Origin: Polyangiaceae bacterium
GTDB taxonomy: Bacteria; Myxococcota_A; Polyangia; Polyangiales; Polyangiaceae
NCBI GenBank assembly: GCA_035063585.1
Contig: JAPSGB010000018.1
Span: forward strand, 1-64,000
Length of the DNA: 64,000 nucleotides
Direction of reading: 5' to 3'
The position numbers and the translations under genes were made by a program. Under the pieces are notes generated by a model. It was not told the origin of the DNA. It saw only the letters and a list, made by a program, of their open reading frames with translations, and ran no database searches. Below, one piece after another: positions 58,401-64,000 of the stretch (position 1 is its first letter; each line of letters opens with the position of its first letter).

Positions 58401-58719
58401 GGAGGGCACGCTCCCCCACGCGCGCACGGATGGTCCAGGTGAGCGTCCGCTCGTCCGCTTCGTGGAGGCGGCCGACAGCGCTGGCCTCGGCGTGACTCAG
58501 GTCGCGGACGTGATCGTCCCTCCGTGCGCGTTCTCCGACACGCGCGCGCTCGAGGGGCTCATGGTGCTCGACACCCCACCGTCCGCGGACTTCCGCCGGA
58601 TCCCGGAGTGTAGCGGCTGCGCGCTCGTCGAGCGGTGTCGCGGGGTCTCGGAGGGATTTGCGCGCGCGTTTCCGAACGCGCCGCTCACCTCGGTGCGCTC
58701 CAAGCTACCGGCGCAGTGA
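55429..58719 (+). CDS. Multidomain protein (~1096 aa): DUF483-like domain, class-B-like radical SAM (CX25CX2C) and degenerate radical SAM/SPASM domain
   Basis: GTGA-coupled start; LGYPSCCVE, SHVPCSYGC; GCPY...RGCSFC, GIESFS, FNKG, FMLFTPWTT; SNLGCTYY, GGAEP, ETNA, CSGCALVERCRG. Confidence 0.75.
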   Translation: MIDSARVHAIGPVTKVEQELLQLELGLKSALKVEHAGPELEAWLRAEAARRGLSVLPDREPTPSYAGVEAELATSLFVGPNEALLAELREWSHRQRDPHAQSSDKAAAIRSIGAALGYPSCCVEAYIAGREFPDQSLVFLRPLFATKGTLEPLLNLAGNDELISHVPCSYGCGASLELARRTAHELERREPSVWHARWARMCAPVLVLGPRGLVRLEPRPDDAATWGGVRYARADSSMLSDDALRAALESGDELVLRPSSVEIRRGGQATYRERRAGPLDLPVLLRFGGAARRPARVALVDLHRSLIDYMDTMTLAMASGDLTRLGVSNELVRLYVDRERPETWERSYLRLERYLLDHQFTAAVWNMAFDDGVVSRLGRAGMLQVLIDSRFSGAAVPFDFVLTSASRQAFCRFFRLWCEGEEDPEVRELLSHKSDGGWSSHALAEPLAQRARIDEDSFWPTTQYVVPDGEHRPASDVWHLCVNPGCPYGKRLDDNPHFEGLELPDSASARGCSFCEEGGDYEGAPAEPTMRGLLHQFEYIARRAPHSRFILLERAVFRFLERFLVRADQISRGSARRGQRLEFFVTARTDEIVREQAHLREALVVAAERGLLVNLYLVGIESFSQTALDLFNKGTRVEVQVEAIEIMRELEAAFPGTFTASRSSAHGFMLFTPWTTMAELVENCEWMERTRFWEFRSEATLSKLRLYPTVPLFYKARAEGLLAPGYDDEEFDMSIRLGYSKEVPWRFIDAKVEAVYRLLAAAADHYPRGSRELTLLRDAIAEVETHGTEVDAETFHAPRRARRAVRPGLGRPRRRRFTLALGSRSNLGCTYYDHGDEAPPPPREELAQRLLDGRKTGESAVTLGGAEPLLSPSLMFAVRAARRCGYSSIALETNALGLDTARMTALREAGLTRVLPFLPAWDREPIDRIARVAGAAALLFRAAPAIEGSGLEVQPVIPVARETLAELPRFVELAELLFPSARGLALRFFPSEGTLPHARTDGPGERPLVRFVEAADSAGLGVTQVADVIVPPCAFSDTRALEGLMVLDTPPSADFRRIPECSGCALVERCRGVSEGFARAFPNAPLTSVRSKLPAQ

Positions 58720-58721
58720 CG

Positions 58722-60398
58722 CTATTTCTCGAGCTCGGGCTCCTCGTCGACCACCGGCTCGAGCGCGGCGTAGCCGTGCGCGCGCACGAAGTTGATGTGA
58801 ACGCCAGGGCATGTCGAGTCATACTTGCAGGTCTGGCAGCGGCGGCTCTTGGTGTAGAAGCGATCTGCCACGAAGCGGTGCGTGAAGTGCGTCATCTCGA
58901 GCTTGGCGTCGAGCCCGAGCATCCCCGCATCGAGCGCTGAGCCAATCGCCAGCGGCTCACGGCCTCCGATGCACGGGGGAATGTTCTCGGTCTCGACCTC
59001 GGGGGGGAGCGCGGCGAGGAGCGCGCGAACGTCCACGTCATTGCGCCGTTGCTCCGTCACCCGCTCGTAGTTCGGCTGCACCACGATGAGGCGCGGCGCG
59101 GTCGAGCCGAGGCGACGCAAGGCGTCCGCCGTGCCCTTGTTCGCGTAGACGGCGACCGTGAAATCACCCGGGACCTCGACGAGCCGCGTGAGCTCCTCGC
59201 AGCTGCTCACGTAGCAGCGCTCGAGATGCTTCCCGCCGAGCGTGCCGTCACCGGCGAGCGCGTTGGCGAGGCCCGTGTAGTCGGTGAGCTCGAGCCAGAG
59301 CGCGGGCGCCTTCGCGAGCTTCGCGAGCTCGAGCGCGCGCTCGACGGAACCCGCGACCACCCGCACCACCTTCGCGCTCGGGAGGGTGCCCGGGGCCGGC
59401 GCTGGATCCTCGAGCCGAAGGACGTCCACCTCGCCGAGCCTGCGCTCCTCGATGACTGCGTCGAGTGTGTCGCAGAGGGGGCTCAAGTAGCAGTAGTGAC
59501 AGCGCTCCGGCTGCCGGCAATGCAGCGGCTCTCCGGTAGCGAGGTACTTGTCGTACTCCTCGCGCCGTCCCCTCACCTCGTCGTGGAGTTTGTGCGGGTC
59601 TTGGATGAGCTCTTCGAAACCCTCGGTGAAGGGCGGCGGAAAGCGGTTGAGCCAGATATGGATGTCAGGACGACGCGAGTATTCGAACGCCTCGCGGAGG
59701 GACTCCTCGTTCCCTTCGAGGTCATAGAACAGATGCTCTCGAGCTTTCCCCCACGCGCTCCCGAACGGGATGATGTGGAGGAGGTCGAACTCCTTCACGC
59801 CCCAGCCGATGAAGGTATCGAGCATGGTGGGGAGATGCTTCACGTTCTGCTTGTTGATGACGATGTCGACGTTGACGATGAACCGACCGTCGGCGAGCGC
59901 GGCCTTGAGCCCGGCCGTCTCCTCTACGAACGCGCCCGGCGTCCCGACCAGCGCATCGTGGAGCTTCGGGGTGTGCCCATGGAGAGAGAACGTGATCTCG
60001 TCGAGCCCGTTTCGCGCGGCCGTCTCGAGGAAGTCGGGGTACGCGAACATCCTGCCGTTCGTCACCGTCTGCACCTTGGGATAACCCGCTCGCTTCCCGA
60101 GCTTCACGAAGTCGAGAAAGTTCGGGTGCATGGTCGGCTCGCCTCCGCTCAGGATGAGGCGCGCCGCGCCCTTCTTTCGCCCCTCGATGATCTGGACCTT
60201 GATGTCCAGATTGGCGCGCATGGTGCCGTTGTGCGCCATGGTGTCGAGGCAGAACGAGCAGTGGTTGTTGCAATCGTAGCTGAGCCGGACCCAATTTCTC
60301 TTCTCGTGGGCGGCTTGCTCGTGATCCTCGACCTTCTCGAGATCGTCCGCGGCGGAGGTCAGGGTATTCGGAGCGACGGCGTCGTGTTCCGCAATCAT
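58722..60398 (-). CDS. Radical SAM protein, HxsC-like paralog 3 (probable core maturase)
   Basis: CNNHCSFC, LSGGEPTMHP, TNGRMF, CRQPERCHYCYLSPLC, TKSRRCQTCKYDSTCPGVHIN; ATGA-coupled to the methyltransferase, in the same-strand run with the precursor. Confidence 0.9.
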   Translation of the reverse strand: MIAEHDAVAPNTLTSAADDLEKVEDHEQAAHEKRNWVRLSYDCNNHCSFCLDTMAHNGTMRANLDIKVQIIEGRKKGAARLILSGGEPTMHPNFLDFVKLGKRAGYPKVQTVTNGRMFAYPDFLETAARNGLDEITFSLHGHTPKLHDALVGTPGAFVEETAGLKAALADGRFIVNVDIVINKQNVKHLPTMLDTFIGWGVKEFDLLHIIPFGSAWGKAREHLFYDLEGNEESLREAFEYSRRPDIHIWLNRFPPPFTEGFEELIQDPHKLHDEVRGRREEYDKYLATGEPLHCRQPERCHYCYLSPLCDTLDAVIEERRLGEVDVLRLEDPAPAPGTLPSAKVVRVVAGSVERALELAKLAKAPALWLELTDYTGLANALAGDGTLGGKHLERCYVSSCEELTRLVEVPGDFTVAVYANKGTADALRRLGSTAPRLIVVQPNYERVTEQRRNDVDVRALLAALPPEVETENIPPCIGGREPLAIGSALDAGMLGLDAKLEMTHFTHRFVADRFYTKSRRCQTCKYDSTCPGVHINFVRAHGYAALEPVVDEEPELEK

Positions 60399-61321
60399 TC
60401 GCGTGTCTCCGGGAGTCTCTGATAGTGAAGTAGCCACTGGTTGCTGGTCGAGGGTGCGATCTCTCGCCGCTCGAGGAGGGCGAGCGGGGCTCGGGCGAGC
60501 AGCGCGTCGACCTCGCGGGTAGAGTCATTGCGAAAGTGCTCGAACCTCGCCGAGCTCGCCTCGGCGCGCGCCACCTGCGCGCGCGTCCGCACCAACCCGA
60601 ACGCCACGTTGTCCACGACGAGCAGCGTCCCTCCCACGCGGAGCCTGGTGATGACCGAGCGAAGCGTCGCGTCTGGGTCCGGCAGGTGGTTATAGCTCCT
60701 CAGGATGAGCGCGTGGTCGAAGCGCGCGGGCGCCTCGCCCAGCGCGTCGAGCTCCCCCACCTGGTAGTCAGCCCAGGGGTAGCGCGACCTTAGCACCGCG
60801 ATCCGACCGGCGTCCGGATCGAGCCCGAGGTAGCGGACCTTGCCCGTCATCGCGCGCGGCGTGAGCGCGTCGAGGTATGGGCCCTCGCCGCAGCCGACGT
60901 CGAGTACGTCCCCGTCGAGGGAACGGAGCAACTCGCGCACCCGCGCGTCATCGCGCTGGAACACATCGACCGAGACGGCGTGGAAGCAGCCCGGGCAGCG
61001 CTCGCGAAGCTCGCAGTCACGACACTCGGCGTCTAGCTCGAGCTTGCGCAGATCGGCGGAGAAGTCGTCCGGGGCGAGCTTGGTCGAGATGTCGACGTAG
61101 AGCTGCCCGAACTCGTATTTTGTGTCCGCGACCTCTCCGGGAGAGAAATCGGTCGTCGCGGTGCGGTGGAGGCGCATCCGATCGCGGAGCCGCACGAAGA
61201 CGTCACGGAGCGGCTCGACACGCGCGAGCGGCGCGCCTCCGCTCCGCAGCGGACACGCTCCCCGAGCGCTGCGCGGGACGTCGAGGACTGGCTCGAAATT
61301 GAAGGAGTTCGAGCGCGTCAT
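60395..61321 (-). CDS. Class I SAM-dependent methyltransferase with N-terminal Cys cluster
   Basis: CRDCELRERCPGC then VLDVGCGEG, GLDPD, SYNHL, GGTLLVVD; start is ATG 61321 or GTG 61369. Confidence 0.8.
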   Translation of the reverse strand: MTRSNSFNFEPVLDVPRSARGACPLRSGGAPLARVEPLRDVFVRLRDRMRLHRTATTDFSPGEVADTKYEFGQLYVDISTKLAPDDFSADLRKLELDAECRDCELRERCPGCFHAVSVDVFQRDDARVRELLRSLDGDVLDVGCGEGPYLDALTPRAMTGKVRYLGLDPDAGRIAVLRSRYPWADYQVGELDALGEAPARFDHALILRSYNHLPDPDATLRSVITRLRVGGTLLVVDNVAFGLVRTRAQVARAEASSARFEHFRNDSTREVDALLARAPLALLERREIAPSTSNQWLLHYQRLPETRE

Positions 61322-61406
61322 GACATCGCCCCTCGCGGGGACCGGATCTCGAAGATCGATCGCGCCCACGAGGCAAGGATAGCAAAATTGTGACGTTACG
61401 GCAGAT

Positions 61407-61700
61407 CTACCAGGAGCCGTGGCTACCGTGACTGCCATGGCTGCCGTGGCTGCCGTGGCTGCCGTGGCTGCCGTGGCTGCCGTGGCTGCCGTGGCTACCG
61501 TGGCTGCCGTGGCTGCCGTGGCTGCCGTGCGAGCAGTGCTGGGCGGGAATGACGCCGCCGCTGTCACCGTCGACGCCTGGCGCTTGATCGCAGTTGTCTC
61601 GAGCCTTGTCGATGACGGCGTCTTCCGACTTGCTGAGCATCCCGCGCGCGCTGCGGGTGAAGCTCGGCAGGTTCCCGGGGTTTCCTCTTCGCGTGCTCAT
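61407..61700 (-). CDS. hxsA: His-Xaa-Ser repeat precursor peptide (HxsA-type)
   Basis: 97 aa: 54-aa leader then HCS-(HGS)13-W. GGAGG RBS 5 nt upstream. Repeat variants are all synonymous in this frame. Adjacent to HxsD-like and radical SAM genes. Confidence 0.9.
   Translation of the reverse strand: MSTRRGNPGNLPSFTRSARGMLSKSEDAVIDKARDNCDQAPGVDGDSGGVIPAQHCSHGSHGSHGSHGSHGSHGSHGSHGSHGSHGSHGSHGSHGSW
61413..61529 (-). repeat. 9-bp tandem repeat x13 (CAC GGC AGC = His-Gly-Ser)
   Basis: gctgccgtg units on the + strand, with variants gctaccgtg, actgccatg and ggagccgtg. Confidence 0.95.
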
Positions 61701-61728
61701 GTGCGCCTCCCGTCGATGCCGTGCGGCT

Positions 61729-61953
61729 CTAGCCCATTCCGGTGCGGTGCTGCTCGATGGTGGTACCGAGCGCGTAGTTGGAGAACTCTTCTGCGATCAT
61801 GGCCTCGTCAGCGTCTCCGGTGGAGGTCAGCTTGACGAAATAGACGCCATCCTTCTGCTCGAGCTCGAACTTCGCGTAATCGGCATAGACCTTCACCGCG
61901 GCGTCGACGGCAAAGCCCGAGTAGAGATCGGCGCGGAAGCGGAGCTCGGTCAT
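61729..61953 (-). CDS. Short HxsD-like protein
   Basis: 74 aa, LRFRADLYSGFAVDAAVKVY...AEEFSNYAL; resembles the N-terminal part of the neighbouring HxsD; TGATG-coupled. Confidence 0.7.
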   Translation of the reverse strand: MTELRFRADLYSGFAVDAAVKVYADYAKFELEQKDGVYFVKLTSTGDADEAMIAEEFSNYALGTTIEQHRTGMG

Positions 61954-62459
61954 CAGTGCTTGTCGGCGGGCACCGACCCTCCGTCTTCGCTTGGCTCCGA
62001 GGAGGCCTCATCGCCAGCCTTCATCTTCACGTCGCTGCCCTTCTTCTTGTACTTGTCTTCCCAGCTCATCGCGATTCCGAGCGGATCCTCGAAGGCCGTC
62101 TCGTCGTCGATGTCCATCGCCAGGAGATCGTCGAGCCCGGGCGGCCCGGCAGCGCCCGCGAGGGCCTGCGTCGTGACCTGCTCGATGAGCTGCCGATTCT
62201 CCTCGACGATCTGCCGCCGCCACGCCTGACCAAGCAGCTCGTTCTCGAACTCGCCCGCGAGCTCGCCGAGCTCGCGCTCGACGCCCGGCTTGAGCTTCAT
62301 TCGAACCGACACGCGCGAGGGTGACGGGCGGTCCAAGTGCACATAGCAGCGATCGATGAAGATGTAGGCGGCGCCGTAGATGGCGTCTTTCGGGTAGAGC
62401 GCCTCGTCGAACTCGAGGACGAGGGTATCGGTGTCGATGGTCTTGTCGACGTTGGGCAT
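61953..62459 (-). CDS. hxsD: His-Xaa-Ser system protein HxsD
   Basis: FDEALYPKDAIYGAAYIFIDRCYVHL...AGEFENELL...RRQIVEEN pattern matches my recollection of HxsD; context next to the HxS precursor. Confidence 0.8.
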   Translation of the reverse strand: MPNVDKTIDTDTLVLEFDEALYPKDAIYGAAYIFIDRCYVHLDRPSPSRVSVRMKLKPGVERELGELAGEFENELLGQAWRRQIVEENRQLIEQVTTQALAGAAGPPGLDDLLAMDIDDETAFEDPLGIAMSWEDKYKKKGSDVKMKAGDEASSEPSEDGGSVPADKH

Positions 62460-62478
62460 GACGGTTCGAATTTCTGGG

Positions 62479-64000
62479 TTACTGACTCGCCACGACGGTG
62501 AACTGATTGCACTCGGGGGTTCCCCCGCCGCCGGTGACGTTGGTGCGGGTGATCTTCACCCAGATCGATGCTGGCACGAGCGAGTTGTTCGTGCACGCCC
62601 CGAGGCCGCTCCCCAGGCCGCACGCGATGGCATTCGTGAAGTTCATCGACCACGTGATGATACCACTGCCGCTGCCCACGCTACCGCCGGGGAGCACCCC
62701 CCCCGCCTGGGGGCAACTGATCGGGGTGCTCGGGCAGCTCGAGAGCACGTCCATCCGGTAGTCCGTGGAGCCCTGGGTCAGCTCGATCTTCCGCACCGAG
62801 TTCACACCCGGCGAGGCCCCCGAGAAGGTCACCACGAAGTACGCGGCGTCGTTCACGCTGAGTAGCTGGCCGGTGAACGGCGACCCGACCGCCAGCGCGC
62901 TGGCGGTCGCGCAGTTGTTCGGGGTTGGGTTCTGGCTGCAGCTCTTGGCCTCGCAGCCGTCGCAGTAGTTGCCGTTGTTGTCGTACCACCCGAGGTCACA
63001 ACCGCCGATCTGGCAACTCCCGCTGCACTGGATGGAGGTCACGTGCGGGAGGGTCGAGCCTCCAGCGCAGCCGCGGATGCACATGGTGCGCGGATCGTCC
63101 TCGTCCGAGGAGCCGTCACAGTCGTTGTCCTTGCCGTCGCAGAGCTCTTGGGTCGCGCTGTTGTCGGGGACGCAGCTCAGCGTACCGGCGCTGCACAGCG
63201 AGTGGCCGGTCGCGCACACCCCCGGCTGAGCGGTCATGCACGGGACGTTGTTCAGACCCTCGTCGGTGTTGCCGTCGCAGTTGTCGTCGAGGCTGTTGCA
63301 GCTCTCGGAGCCCGGATAGTTCATCTGCGGACAGCTCAGCTGCCCGCCCGCGCAGACCCACTTGCTCACGGCGCAGACGCCCTTCTGACCCGACACCTGG
63401 CAGTCGGTACCGAGCTGCGGATCGGTCGGGTTGTTATCGACCTGACCGTCGCAGTTGTCGTCGAGGCCGTTGCACATCTCGGACGAGGGTAACGACTTCT
63501 GGATACACTCGACCTTACCGCTCTGGCAGGCCGTAGTTCCGAACGCGCAGACACCCTGCGCGCCGGTGTTGCAGTTGACGCCACTGCCCGGGTTGCCTTC
63601 GTCGACCGAACCGTTGCAATTGTTGTCGAGACCGTCGCAGGTCTCGGGCGACGGCTGGTTCTTCGACACGCAGATGAGCATGCCGTTCTTGCACTGAGTG
63701 GTGCCCTCCGCGCAGACGCCCCTGGCTCCCGAGACCGTGCAGTCGCCACCGCCGCCCGGGTTGCCTTCGTCGATCTGTCCGTTGCAGTTGTCGTCGAGAC
63801 CGTTGCACACCTCGGTACGACACGAGCAGGAGTTGCACGCGCCGCCGGAGCCGGCGCTCCCGCCGGTACCGCTCGCACCGGAAGCGCCCGCCTGACCGGC
63901 GACCCCGCCTGCACCGGCCGCTCCAGCCTGACCGCCGCCACCAGCCTGACCGCCGCCACCAGCCTGACCGCCGCCACCAGCCTGACCGCCGCCACCAGCC
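62479..64000 (-). CDS. Cys-rich protein with MopE-like putative metal-binding repeats (5' end outside window)
   Basis: Five ExC(N/D)xxD(D/N)(N/D)C(N/D)G repeats. The frame stays open upstream of 63810 through an (AGGGGQ)n linker to the window edge. Confidence 0.82.
   Translation of the reverse strand, partial: AGGGGQAGGGGQAGGGGQAGGGGQAGAAGAGGVAGQAGASGASGTGGSAGSGGACNSCSCRTEVCNGLDDNCNGQIDEGNPGGGGDCTVSGARGVCAEGTTQCKNGMLICVSKNQPSPETCDGLDNNCNGSVDEGNPGSGVNCNTGAQGVCAFGTTACQSGKVECIQKSLPSSEMCNGLDDNCDGQVDNNPTDPQLGTDCQVSGQKGVCAVSKWVCAGGQLSCPQMNYPGSESCNSLDDNCDGNTDEGLNNVPCMTAQPGVCATGHSLCSAGTLSCVPDNSATQELCDGKDNDCDGSSDEDDPRTMCIRGCAGGSTLPHVTSIQCSGSCQIGGCDLGWYDNNGNYCDGCEAKSCSQNPTPNNCATASALAVGSPFTGQLLSVNDAAYFVVTFSGASPGVNSVRKIELTQGSTDYRMDVLSSCPSTPISCPQAGGVLPGGSVGSGSGIITWSMNFTNAIACGLGSGLGACTNNSLVPASIWVKITRTNVTGGGGTPECNQFTVVASQ
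63924..64000 (-). repeat. 18-bp tandem repeat (AGGGGQ linker)
   Basis: cagcctgaccgccgccac, at least 4 copies, truncated by the window end. Confidence 0.88.

Noticed and set aside
61400..61567. (TAA)n-repeat N-terminal extension of the methyltransferase ORF 60395-61567, and the antisense (AAV)n ORF 61419-61835
   Set aside because: These are alternative frames of the HGS repeat. Repeat variants are consistently synonymous in the HGS frame, which also has an RBS.
1..64000. Numerous long overlapping or antisense ORFs in the track (for example 17135-19285, 20879-22723, 32164-34278, 36308-38119)
   Set aside because: Shadow ORFs expected at very high GC; they overlap well-supported genes and lack motifs.
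1..64000. rRNA, tRNA, transposase, integrase or prophage genes
   Set aside because: None recognised by eye; short RNAs could be missed without tRNAscan or Infernal.

Overview
Very GC-rich bacterial DNA. The gene content points to Myxococcota, probably Polyangiaceae-like (inference): an ECF/FecR pair, a Hanks kinase, Gly/Ser-linker Cys-rich lipoproteins, MopE-like repeats and orphan T3SS-export genes. The left part (1-34.3 kb) is mostly housekeeping and typical myxobacterial accessory genes: ate, a nucleoside salvage operon, infA, priA, lysC, fliO/sctR, a Gld-like ABC system, pheT and pckA. The right part (~34.6-62.5 kb) is a large candidate RiPP-type biosynthetic locus built around a His-Xaa-Ser repeat system. 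It encodes a 97-aa precursor ending in HCS-(HGS)13-W and two HxsD-like proteins. It also encodes a Cys-rich SAM methyltransferase and seven radical SAM genes (about nine domains): three are paralogs, one is cobalamin-dependent, two domains have degenerate Cys motifs and one has a CX25CX2C motif. The remaining genes are a carbamoyltransferase, a flavin-dependent halogenase, three glycosyltransferases and a probable NDP-(deoxy)heptose pathway. I recognised no rRNA, tRNA, CRISPR array or mobile element. All product calls come from motif recognition by eye, with no database searches. Many start codons were re-picked downstream of the ORF-track starts.
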